Positions 25,942 to 33,886 of a DNA stretch of 39,838 nucleotides are shown one piece after another. Source of the stretch: an uncultured Candidatus Peribacteria bacterium (lineage in GTDB: Bacteria; Patescibacteriota; Gracilibacteria; UBA1369; LOWO2-01-FULL-3); contig CAZVOZ010000001.1 of NCBI GenBank assembly GCA_964629065.1, positions 26,472 through 66,309 on the forward strand. Reading direction: 5' to 3'. Every line of letters begins with the position of its first letter. Within the stretch, counting starts at the first letter, position 1. The notes under the pieces were generated by a model, which did no database searches, was not told the origin of the DNA, and worked only from the letters and a program-made list of their open reading frames with translations. Both the position numbers and the translations under genes were made by a program.

Positions 25942-26063
25942 GGGAATGCCGAAAAAGGCGATCTGCGGCGTCAACTTCGTCGCTCCTTCCTCACCGTATT
26001 AGCACATACGCCTCCTTCAGTCGCTCCTTGTTTCCTTGCAGCTCATCCTTTTTCGGCATTCCC
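25942..26063. repeat. 122-bp palindrome-ended element, copy B (MITE/RPE-like)
   Basis: Perfect 17-bp arms: gggaatgccgaaaaagg (25942-58) and cctttttcggcattccc (26047-63). Central CGTAT-tagcac-ATACG at 25995-26010. Starts 1 nt after the guaA stop and contains the murI stop codon. Confidence 0.85.
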
Positions 26064-26882
26064 AGCCCGAAGGGAGACTTTTGCGGGCATGGCGATTTTG
26101 AGGGCAAAATTTTTCTGGATGTAGGATTGAAAAGTAGCGGGGTCTTCGGTGGTTAGGAATTTGCGCGTGCCGCCGGTGGTGAGTTTTTCCGCGATTTCTG
26201 GATGACGAAGGAGGTACGATTCAAGACTTTCGGCAGCGGATTGGCCGGATTCAATAATTTGGACGCGCTTGCCGATGATTCTTTGAAATTGCTTACGCAT
26301 GATGGGGTAATGTGTACAACCGAGAATTAATGTGTCAATATTGGCATTTTTCAATGAGCGGAGGTATTTTTTGAGGATTGAGGTTGCTTCGGGCTTGGTA
26401 TGCCAACCTTCTTCAATAAAAGGTACAAGCAGTGGGCAAGCCTTCGAAGTGATATGAATGTCGGGGTTAATTTTGGCGATTTCTTGATTGTAGACGCCGG
26501 AATTGACGGTCGCTTTAGTGCCAACAAGACCGATGCGACCGGTTTTGGTGATGGCGGCAGCTTTTTCGACGGTGGGAATTAAAACACCGAGAATTTTGCG
26601 ATTCTTTTCGTCTGCGCCATTGAGGTATTTTTTTTGAAGACTGCTAAGTGCATTGGCTGAAGCGGTATTGCAAGCGATGATGACAAGTTTCACACCACGA
26701 TCGAAAAGGTGGTTGACGGCTTGTTCGGTGAATTGGAGGATGGTTTCGGCGCTGTGGTTTCCATAAGGCGCGCGGGCATTATCGCCAAAATAAATATAAT
26801 CATATTGGGGAAATCGTTCTAAAAACGGCTTTAGAACTGTGATGCCACCATAACCTGAATCAAAAAGTCCAATCATATGCAA
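26043..26882 (-). CDS. murI: Glutamate racemase
   Basis: 279 aa with GLFDSGYGGITV, IIACNTASA and LGCTHYP. The last 6 codons (GNAEKG) and the TGA stop lie inside repeat copy B. Confidence 0.9.
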   Translation of the reverse strand: MHMIGLFDSGYGGITVLKPFLERFPQYDYIYFGDNARAPYGNHSAETILQFTEQAVNHLFDRGVKLVIIACNTASANALSSLQKKYLNGADEKNRKILGVLIPTVEKAAAITKTGRIGLVGTKATVNSGVYNQEIAKINPDIHITSKACPLLVPFIEEGWHTKPEATSILKKYLRSLKNANIDTLILGCTHYPIMRKQFQRIIGKRVQIIESGQSAAESLESYLLRHPEIAEKLTTGGTRKFLTTEDPATFQSYIQKNFALKIAMPAKVSLRAGNAEKG

Positions 26883-26890
26883 AGCTTAGA

Positions 26891-26919
26891 TTGAAGAACT
26901 GGCCGCGGTCAACTATAAT
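26891..26919 (+). promoter_or_regulatory. Sigma70-like promoter candidate (TTGAAG-17-TATAAT)
   Basis: Consensus -10 at 17-nt spacing. This argues that the DUF881 gene starts at the ATG at 26933 rather than at the track's TTG at 26891. Confidence 0.5.
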
Positions 26920-26932
26920 TCAACTAATTTAT

Positions 26933-27652
26933 ATGAAAGACTACAGGAGTTTAATTATTTTCGTGTGCGTTGGTGGGCTGATTGGACTGTTTTTAACTTT
27001 CCATTTTCGGACAGCTTTACCAGTAGAAAGCACTGTACCAATTGATGAGCTAGAAGCGAGAGAGGCGTTACTGAAGCAGTTTTTGGACGAACAATCTTAT
27101 TTACAAAGCAGGATCGTAACTTTGCGTAAACAGATTGAGGATGCTCAAGGGAAAATTGAAGCTTCGAGTGAAGATGTCAATCTAAGCCTTCTGGAAAACT
27201 TGAAGAGTGATATTGGGCTCACGGAAGTGTCAGGAGAGGGGCTGGAAATTTCGTTGAATGACAGCCCTTTTGCGGCGAAGGTAGACATAGAAGATAGCGA
27301 GAAATATCGTGTTCAAGCTTCGGATTTACGTGATTTGGTGAATTTACTCAATGCCGCATCTTCAACGGCGATTGCGATCAATAATCAAAGAGTGATTTCT
27401 AATTCAACGATTTCAACAGTTGGAAGCACGATCTTGATCAATAATACACATACCGCACCACCATTCACGATTAGCGCCGTGGGAGACGCTGATTTGATGC
27501 TAGAAAGGGTTTTGAATAAGGGGCTTCTGCCCTCTCTTTATGCGAAAAAGGCTGACACTAATTTAACCTTCAATATTGTAAAGAAGGGACGGGTGAATGT
27601 ACCTATTTATAATGGCGATTTAAAGGTGGAATATTTAAATTTGGTAGAATGA
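26933..27652 (+). CDS. DUF881 domain protein (division-associated family), paralog 1
   Basis: N-terminal TM, a coiled coil, then SGEGLEISLND...ASDLRDLVNLLNAASSTAIAINNQRV...PFTISAVGD. Confidence 0.75.
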   Translation: MKDYRSLIIFVCVGGLIGLFLTFHFRTALPVESTVPIDELEAREALLKQFLDEQSYLQSRIVTLRKQIEDAQGKIEASSEDVNLSLLENLKSDIGLTEVSGEGLEISLNDSPFAAKVDIEDSEKYRVQASDLRDLVNLLNAASSTAIAINNQRVISNSTISTVGSTILINNTHTAPPFTISAVGDADLMLERVLNKGLLPSLYAKKADTNLTFNIVKKGRVNVPIYNGDLKVEYLNLVE

Positions 27653-28269
27653 AAAATTGGAAAAAAATATCGATACTTTTATTGGCAGGCGCTGTCGGTT
27701 TTGTCTTAGTACTGCAAATAAAATCATTTAAAGACATTGATGTAATGTTACGAGACAAGCAAACGAATGTATTTCAGGAAATTAAGATTCTGAAGGATAA
27801 AAATGAAGCTTTGAAGCAGGAAGTGAGTTCTTTAGAAGAGACGGTTGTGAAATTGGATGATCAAGAATTGGCGTTGTCGGCAGTGGAAGATGAGATTGCT
27901 AAATATAGTAAATTGAGCGGCAAGAGTTCGATCTATGGGACAGGATTGACAGTAACAATTGATGGCTCTATTTCGACTTTTTGGATGATTGACTTAATAA
28001 ATGAAGCTTTCAACTCTGGAGCGCAGGCAGTGGCTATAAATGGAATAAGAATCACTAATAGTACAGTGGGCTTTGACACTTTGCCGCAAGGTCAGATTTT
28101 ATTGAATGGGAGTATCTTAAGCGCGCCTTATCAAATTGAATTGATTGGTGAACCAAAGATTCTAACAGAAATTCTGACAATCAAAGGTGGCATTTTGGAT
28201 CGACTGAAAGAGCAATTTCCGAATGTGAAGATTGAAGTGGTGCAGAGAGAAATCATTCAAATGATTTGA
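27649..28269 (+). CDS. DUF881 domain protein, paralog 2
   Basis: Same architecture (TM, coiled coil, GTGLTVTIDG...LINEAFNSGAQAVAINGIRI...PYQIELIGE). 4-nt overlap with paralog 1. Confidence 0.75.
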   Translation: MKNWKKISILLLAGAVGFVLVLQIKSFKDIDVMLRDKQTNVFQEIKILKDKNEALKQEVSSLEETVVKLDDQELALSAVEDEIAKYSKLSGKSSIYGTGLTVTIDGSISTFWMIDLINEAFNSGAQAVAINGIRITNSTVGFDTLPQGQILLNGSILSAPYQIELIGEPKILTEILTIKGGILDRLKEQFPNVKIEVVQREIIQMI

Positions 28270-28762
28270 GAAGCCAAAGAGGCTGAAGAGAAAGGATTGT
28301 GAGTAATATGAGAATTAAAACCCATTTGGTAATGGTTTGGTTTTGGATTTTTTCTTTTTGGTGTTCAATCAAAGGAATACTGGATTTCAATTGACTTTCG
28401 AGTTGGCCAACACGATAATTTGCCATTTCCAGGCGCTGTCTTTGCTCTTTCAATTCTATTTGCAGCTTATTGTAGAGCTTTTCAAAAACATCATCTTTAC
28501 TAGGAGTAGACAAAGTCTGGACAATTTCGGAAACATTGTCTACTTCAGAATGAAGCGCATGACCAGTAGACAAACTTGACACCTGTTGACTAGTCAAACC
28601 AACTACATCAGCTTTTTTAAGCCAAATATCACGGTTCACCTTGTGACTAGACAATTTTCCACTACGAATATATCTGTCTATTGTACGGACAGACACATTG
28701 AGTAATTCTGCAGCTTGAGCTCTAGTTATATTACTATTTTTGTACTTCAAAGATGTAGACAT
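28253..28762 (-). CDS. Membrane-anchored helix-turn-helix DNA-binding protein (excisionase/MerR-like HTH_17 + coiled coil + C-terminal TM)
   Basis: ITRAQAAELLNVSVRTIDRYIRSGKL is an HTH. The middle is a coiled coil and the C-terminus WVLILILLTILSLQPLWLL is hydrophobic. Confidence 0.6.
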   Translation of the reverse strand: MSTSLKYKNSNITRAQAAELLNVSVRTIDRYIRSGKLSSHKVNRDIWLKKADVVGLTSQQVSSLSTGHALHSEVDNVSEIVQTLSTPSKDDVFEKLYNKLQIELKEQRQRLEMANYRVGQLESQLKSSIPLIEHQKEKIQNQTITKWVLILILLTILSLQPLWLLKSFE

Positions 28763-28841
28763 AGCATTGTCTATAACTGATTTTATTGTCTAGTAGACAG
28801 TAGACGCGCTGATAGTAGACAAATAAATGAGTGTTGTCTAC
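28755..28841. promoter_or_regulatory. Operator-like cluster of GTAGACA/TGTCTAC motifs in a divergent intergenic region
   Basis: Exact heptamers at 28755-61, 28793-99, 28815-21 and 28835-41. A 13-bp perfect palindrome TGTCTAgTAGACA at 28787-99. An inverted pair GTAGACA-N6-TGTCTA spans the HTH gene start codon. Confidence 0.4.
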
Positions 28842-28850
28842 ATGAAGATC

Positions 28851-28879
28851 TTTACAGCGTGACACCGAAAGAAGATAAT
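28851..28879 (+). promoter_or_regulatory. Sigma70-like promoter candidate (TTTACA-17-GATAAT)
   Basis: 17-nt spacing, 29 nt upstream of the GTG at 28909 and directly downstream of the heptamer array. Confidence 0.4.
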
Positions 28880-28908
28880 TACTTTACCTTCATTTCATTT
28901 TAAAAATC

Positions 28909-30957
28909 GTGAGAAATACTCTCTATATAAGTATTTGTTTGATGTTTCTTATTGCACTTAGCGAAGAGAGCTTTGCGGCGAGAGAGATTTATCAAGCGCG
29001 AGTGGCGGAAGAGATAATTGTCGCCTCTTTTTCCGGTGAAGTTGGTGAGCAATGGGGGGAAGAGATTGTAAAAGGTGATTTTAATGGTGATGGGATTGAA
29101 GATTTAGCTTTTTCGGCGCCTTTGGCTAGTATGACGGATAGAAAATGGAATGGTGAGGTAAAAGTTTTATTAGGCAGTAAAGACCGCAAAGCTAATACGA
29201 TATCGATTTTTGGTGAAGCAGGTGGCGATCAATTAGGTAGGGCTTTAGCAGTGGGAGATTTTAATGGTGACAAGGTGGATGATTTAGCGATAGGCGCCCA
29301 TAATGCCTACAATAAGGGAGAAAGGCTTGGTAAGGTATACATTATTGACAGCACGGTTATTTCGGGTAGTCAGAATCTTGATCTGGCTTTAGATAAGACT
29401 ATTTCGACTGTTCATGGCTTGGAGGAGAACGAAGCTTTTGGTCTGGAAATTGCGGTGGATGATTTGGATTTAAACGGTAAGGATGATTTGGTTGTGGGAG
29501 CGCCTTTGGCCGGATTCAGTGGTCAAAATCAGTCTGGTGCGGCTTATTTGTTTTTGAATTTCGGGAATAGTTTTGGTGTACCGAGAGTGTTTTTGGGTAA
29601 TCAGGAAAAGGAGAGATTTGGCTCGGCCATTACGACTGGACAGTTAATGGGGGATGACTACCCAGAGCTTATTATATCCGGATATAAAGCCAAAAACGGA
29701 CTGTCTACTCAGAATGGGGCTGTCTACATTTATAAGGGCGAAAAGAGTTTTCCTCTTGAGGGAAAAAGAGTTTTTCAAACACTGAGTGGTGAGAATGAGG
29801 GCGAGTGGTTTGGGTTTGCTTTGGCGACTGATGATGTGAATGGTGATGGTTTTGAAGATTTGGCGGTGAGTTCGTTTCCTTATTGGGAGGGCGGGGATAA
29901 TGGGGGAATTGAAGTTTTTGAAGGGAGTTTGGAAGGGATAAAAAACGAAGCGTTGATGAGTCTGAAGGGGAGTGAAGGTGATCGAATGGGGGCTTATGAT
30001 TTTGTGATTGAGGATTTTAATGCCGATGGGGTGAAAGAGTTAATTTTTGGGGCGCCTGGAGTGAATATGGTGGCGAAGAGTGATTATGAAGGTGCGGTGT
30101 ATTTTGCGGATTTGCAGAAGGGTGATTTTGATTTAAATGCACGGGATTATCGAGCGGTAATGTATGGTGCGCAAGCGGATGATTGGTTTGGTAGTAGTTT
30201 GGTGGTGGGGGATTTTGATGGCAATGGTTTGAAGGATTTGGTGGTGGGAGCGATTTATACAGATGGTGATTTTGCTGATAGTGGTGAAGTTTATGTGATT
30301 TATGGTGATGGTGGATATTTTGGTTTAAAGGGGGAATTTATTGATCCCGAAAAGGAAGTGAGTCGGGGAGCTTTGGTAAAGGAGGTGATTGATGGTTTTG
30401 AATTGAGGGAAAGTAAGAAAGAGAAGATTGCAGAATGCTTGGAGTTTGCGGAGTTTTGTTTGTTTAATTTTTCGGCGGCTTCGAATTTTGATGAAATGGA
30501 GATTGGCGAGAGTCTGGTTCTTTATCCGGATGTGCGACCGGGGAGTAAGTATTATGAAGAAGTAAATTTGGCGACGATTTTAGGGATTATTAATGGCTAT
30601 ATGCGTGATAAGGATAGTCCATTTCGTCCAGAGGGTCCGGTGACGCGAATTCAGGCTTTAAAGGTTGTTTTGGGAGCGACGGATTTGGTGAAGTTTAAAT
30701 ATCAGTTTGAATTGATTAAAGAATTGGGGTCTTATGAGGCTTTGAGTGGGCAAAATTCGGGCTTTAGTGATGTGAGTGGAGATATTCCTTATATGTGGTG
30801 GTATCCGCGTTATACGCGCTTTGCTTTGGATAATAGCTTGATTGATAATACTTTACTGTTTAGGCCGGATGAATATATTAGCAAAGAGGAGTTGGCGGAC
30901 TTGATTAAGCGCACGAAGGAGTTTATAAGTGCTGAAGATGAAGAAGATAGCAAATGA
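28909..30957 (+). CDS. Secreted FG-GAP (integrin-alpha-like) repeat protein with C-terminal SLH domains
   Basis: Signal peptide MRNTLYISICLMFLIALSEESFA. Repeated GDFNGDGIEDLA, GDFNGDKVDDLAIGA, DDVNGDGFEDLAV and GDFDGNGLKDLVVGA motifs. SLH-like C-terminal motifs (YPDVRPGSKYYEEVNLATILGIINGY...FRPEGPVTRIQALKVVL and FSDVSGDIPYMWW...FRPDEYISKEELADLI). Confidence 0.8.
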   Translation: MRNTLYISICLMFLIALSEESFAAREIYQARVAEEIIVASFSGEVGEQWGEEIVKGDFNGDGIEDLAFSAPLASMTDRKWNGEVKVLLGSKDRKANTISIFGEAGGDQLGRALAVGDFNGDKVDDLAIGAHNAYNKGERLGKVYIIDSTVISGSQNLDLALDKTISTVHGLEENEAFGLEIAVDDLDLNGKDDLVVGAPLAGFSGQNQSGAAYLFLNFGNSFGVPRVFLGNQEKERFGSAITTGQLMGDDYPELIISGYKAKNGLSTQNGAVYIYKGEKSFPLEGKRVFQTLSGENEGEWFGFALATDDVNGDGFEDLAVSSFPYWEGGDNGGIEVFEGSLEGIKNEALMSLKGSEGDRMGAYDFVIEDFNADGVKELIFGAPGVNMVAKSDYEGAVYFADLQKGDFDLNARDYRAVMYGAQADDWFGSSLVVGDFDGNGLKDLVVGAIYTDGDFADSGEVYVIYGDGGYFGLKGEFIDPEKEVSRGALVKEVIDGFELRESKKEKIAECLEFAEFCLFNFSAASNFDEMEIGESLVLYPDVRPGSKYYEEVNLATILGIINGYMRDKDSPFRPEGPVTRIQALKVVLGATDLVKFKYQFELIKELGSYEALSGQNSGFSDVSGDIPYMWWYPRYTRFALDNSLIDNTLLFRPDEYISKEELADLIKRTKEFISAEDEEDSK

Positions 30958-31468
30958 GGAAATTCAGAGGGAGAAGCCTTCGGTGGAGGAGGTGCGTGGG
31001 ATGAAGCGCAATCCGATTTATGTTGTGCTAAATAATGTGCGCAGTCTTTATAATGTGGGGGCATTTTTTCGAACTTCGGATGGGGCGATGGTAGAAAAGA
31101 TTTTTTTGTGTGGGATTACGGGGGTGCCGCCGCGAAATGAGATCGCGAAGACGGCTTTGGGAGCGGAAGAAGTGGTGCCATTTGAATATTGCGAATCAGC
31201 GAGAGAAGCGATTGATGGTTTGAAGGCGCAAGGCGTGGAGATTGTGGCGGTGGAGCTGATTCATGGCGCGGAACGATATGATGAGGCAAATTATAATTAT
31301 CCGGTGTGCTTTGTGTTTGGGCATGAAGTTAATGGAATGGACGAAGATTTGTTGGATTTGTGCGATCGCGCGGTTTATGTGCCGATGTTGGGGCGGGCGA
31401 ATTCTTTGAATGTTGCGAGTTGTTATGCGATTATTGTTTATGATGCTTTAAGAAAACTGAATGGCTGA
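30929..31468 (+). CDS. SpoU/TrmH family RNA 2'-O-methyltransferase
   Basis: NPIYVVLNNVRSLYNVGAFFRTSDGA, FVFGHEVNGM, IPMLGRANSLNVASCYAIIVY-like blocks. The start is uncertain (GTG at 30929, ATG at 30938, or a later one) and it overlaps the end of the preceding gene. Confidence 0.8.
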   Translation: MLKMKKIANEEIQREKPSVEEVRGMKRNPIYVVLNNVRSLYNVGAFFRTSDGAMVEKIFLCGITGVPPRNEIAKTALGAEEVVPFEYCESAREAIDGLKAQGVEIVAVELIHGAERYDEANYNYPVCFVFGHEVNGMDEDLLDLCDRAVYVPMLGRANSLNVASCYAIIVYDALRKLNG

Positions 31469-32438
31469 TAAAAAGTGGTTTTGGCGCGGGTTTTGGATGG
31501 GGATTTTGGCTTTGATATTTTTAGGTTATTATTTGACGATTGGTTTTTCGTTGGGGCGTCATGGGAGTTTTTATAATAGCGGACATAATGCGGTTTGGTT
31601 GGGGCATGAATGGGTGGGAGAGTTCAAGAGTGAGGCGGAGATTCGCGAATTGGTGGAGCGGCTGGAATGGGCGGGAATGGATACGATTTTTGTGCATAGT
31701 GGGCCTTTGGATGAGAATGGTTTAGTGAGTGCGGATTTGTATCCTTATGCAAAGCGGTTTTTGCGCATTGCGAAGGGGATTGAGCCGACGATTGAGTATC
31801 AAGCGTGGTTGGGGCAAGTGCGTAGTCGGATTCGTTTGGAGGATGTGGAGGTGCGGGAGAATGTGGCGGCAAGCGCTTTGATGATGGTGGAGGAAGTGGG
31901 GTTTGATGGGATTCATTTTGATGTGGAGCCGATTTGGGATGAGGATATGGAGTTTATTGATGTTTTGCGTTTGACGCGCGAAGCATTGCCAGAAGCGAAT
32001 ATTTCCGTAGCGATGGCGGAGTTTATTCCGAAGTTATTGATTCGGTTAACTGATGATAAAAAGGAGTGGCAAAATTATAATAGCGAGGTGAATTATGAGA
32101 ATGTGGCGAAGTATGCCGATCAGATTGCGGTAATGGTTTACGATACGCGTGTGAAGACGGATTGGTTGTATCGTTTGTTGATGCGCGAGCAGGTGATTTG
32201 GTTGAGTGATTTGTTGGAAGGAAAGGAGTTGTTTGTGGGTGTGCCGGCTTATGAAGATGAGACGCGTGATAGTGATCCGAATGTGGAAAATCTGGAAAAT
32301 GCGTTGAGAGGTATGACCGATGGGTTGAATAATTGGCGCAGTGATCGCGATAATTTTGCGGGTGTGGCGATTTATGCTTTTTGGGAAATTTCGGATGATG
32401 AATGGGAAGTATATGATAAATATTGGCGACATGATTGA
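31461..32438 (+). CDS. Membrane-anchored hypothetical protein, possibly a TIM-barrel glycoside-hydrolase-like fold
   Basis: 325 aa with an N-terminal TM. GFDGIHFDVEP resembles the GH18-type DxxDxDxE region, with His replacing the second Asp. This is weak motif-level evidence only. Confidence 0.35.
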   Translation: MADKKWFWRGFWMGILALIFLGYYLTIGFSLGRHGSFYNSGHNAVWLGHEWVGEFKSEAEIRELVERLEWAGMDTIFVHSGPLDENGLVSADLYPYAKRFLRIAKGIEPTIEYQAWLGQVRSRIRLEDVEVRENVAASALMMVEEVGFDGIHFDVEPIWDEDMEFIDVLRLTREALPEANISVAMAEFIPKLLIRLTDDKKEWQNYNSEVNYENVAKYADQIAVMVYDTRVKTDWLYRLLMREQVIWLSDLLEGKELFVGVPAYEDETRDSDPNVENLENALRGMTDGLNNWRSDRDNFAGVAIYAFWEISDDEWEVYDKYWRHD

Positions 32439-32883
32439 TTTTTGTTTTCGCAAAGAGGCGAAGGTGAGTTATGGCAAGTCTTTGTTTGAGCCGTTTTTGC
32501 GTCGAGGGGAGAAAGTTTTGGCGGCGCGGTTAAAGGAATTGCTTGGTGGAAAGCGAGGGGAATTAAATTTGATTTTGGTGGATGATGGGGCAATGCGCGA
32601 AGTGAATCGGGAATATCGTGGCAAGGATAAGCCGACGGATGTGATTTCGTTTGCGTATTTTGATGGCGAGCGGGTGTTGGGCGAACGGATTGTGGTGGGG
32701 GATATTTTCATTTCGGTGGAGACGGCGAAGCGGCAGGCTTTAGAGCATGGTGTGAGTTTGAAGCGGGAATTGGAAATGCTTTTTGTGCATGGGTTTTTGC
32801 ATTGTTTGGGGTTTGATCACAATGATGATAGGGAGGAGGAGGAGATGGAGGAGTGGGCGAGGAAGGTAAGGGGTAAGAACTAA
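32431..32883 (+). CDS. ybeY: rRNA maturation endoribonuclease YbeY
   Basis: Zinc motif HGFLHCLGFDH plus TDVISFAY. The ATG at 32431 (8-nt overlap with the upstream stop) is preferred over the track start at 32341. Confidence 0.88.
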   Translation: MIDFCFRKEAKVSYGKSLFEPFLRRGEKVLAARLKELLGGKRGELNLILVDDGAMREVNREYRGKDKPTDVISFAYFDGERVLGERIVVGDIFISVETAKRQALEHGVSLKRELEMLFVHGFLHCLGFDHNDDREEEEMEEWARKVRGKN

Positions 32884-33653
32884 GAACTTTTTAGCGATTT
32901 GGCGGATTGCCAACAGAGTTTGTACATAGAGCGATGGAATTCGGCGATTTCGGTGGATTCGATGATGATTGCCATTTTTTCCCGCCAAGAGGTATAAAGG
33001 ACTTTGTTGTCATAGATACTCACTTCAGGGGTAAAATTATACTCTGAAAAAGGAATTAAAATCATTTCACGATTTTCCTTTTTATCAAGCTTCTTCCGAA
33101 TCATTGCTTTTGAACTATTTGGAGCTATGCATTTTATGTGTATTCGTTTTTCAACTGCTCTGCGAGCATAATATTCAGGAAAAAAATTTGGCAAGACCTT
33201 ATCTAATTCCTCAACATTCACATAGGCAAGAATGTCGCTAGAAGAACTTAAAGTGTCCTCATAAGCTTCTCTTAGACCTTTTTCTCCTTCGAAAAAAGTC
33301 ACTTTTGGCTTAGTGCTTTGTGGGCTTTCAAGAGAAATTAAAGCTGGGAGGATTTTTTCGATTTGTTGTTTTTGCTTTTCGATTTTTTTGACTAATTCGC
33401 GCTTTTCACGCTCGAGATAATCGATGAGATTGCGAGGATCAATTGCTTTAAAGTGAGTAAAATTTTGGTGTTTAATTGAGGCAACAAGTCCTTTTTTAGC
33501 AAGACTCTTGATTATATCATATATATTTGTACGATTGATATCCGAGGCTTTAGCTAAAGAACTAGCACTCTGAGCCCCGAAACGAATCAGGTGAATATAA
33601 ATGATTGACTCCTTCTGACTGAGTCCCATTTTTTGAAGTGATTCCACAATCAT
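32880..33653 (-). CDS. TrmB family transcriptional regulator
   Basis: 257 aa. N-terminal winged HTH: LQKMGLSQKESIIYIHLIRFGAQSASSLAKASDINRTNIYDIIKSLAKKGLV. A coiled-coil linker and a TrmB-type C-terminal domain follow. Confidence 0.8.
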   Translation of the reverse strand: MIVESLQKMGLSQKESIIYIHLIRFGAQSASSLAKASDINRTNIYDIIKSLAKKGLVASIKHQNFTHFKAIDPRNLIDYLEREKRELVKKIEKQKQQIEKILPALISLESPQSTKPKVTFFEGEKGLREAYEDTLSSSSDILAYVNVEELDKVLPNFFPEYYARRAVEKRIHIKCIAPNSSKAMIRKKLDKKENREMILIPFSEYNFTPEVSIYDNKVLYTSWREKMAIIIESTEIAEFHRSMYKLCWQSAKSLKSS

Positions 33654-33792
33654 AGTGTTGTCAAATTATTTTCGACATCTAGATATTCTATACTATAAAA
33701 ACGCTTTTAAAACAATTTATTTGTGCGTTTGATCTTTCTCGACAAAATGCAGCGTAGATATTATCGTGAATTCTTGACATATGAAAATCAAA

Positions 33793-33825
33793 AATGACAT
33801 TTTAATGACATTTTGTCCTAGGACA
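33793..33825. promoter_or_regulatory. Operator-like motifs: tandem 11-bp AATGACATTTT x2 followed by the 12-bp perfect palindrome TGTCCTAGGACA
   Basis: Direct repeats at 33793-33803 and 33804-33814. Palindrome at 33814-33825. A further TTGACAT at 33774-80. All lie in the AT-rich divergent region between the TrmB regulator and the methyltransferase gene. Confidence 0.35.
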
Positions 33826-33886
33826 TAGACTTTTACATTGGTCGTGCTATTGAGTAAAGATTCAAAAATTTATAACCATCCATACA

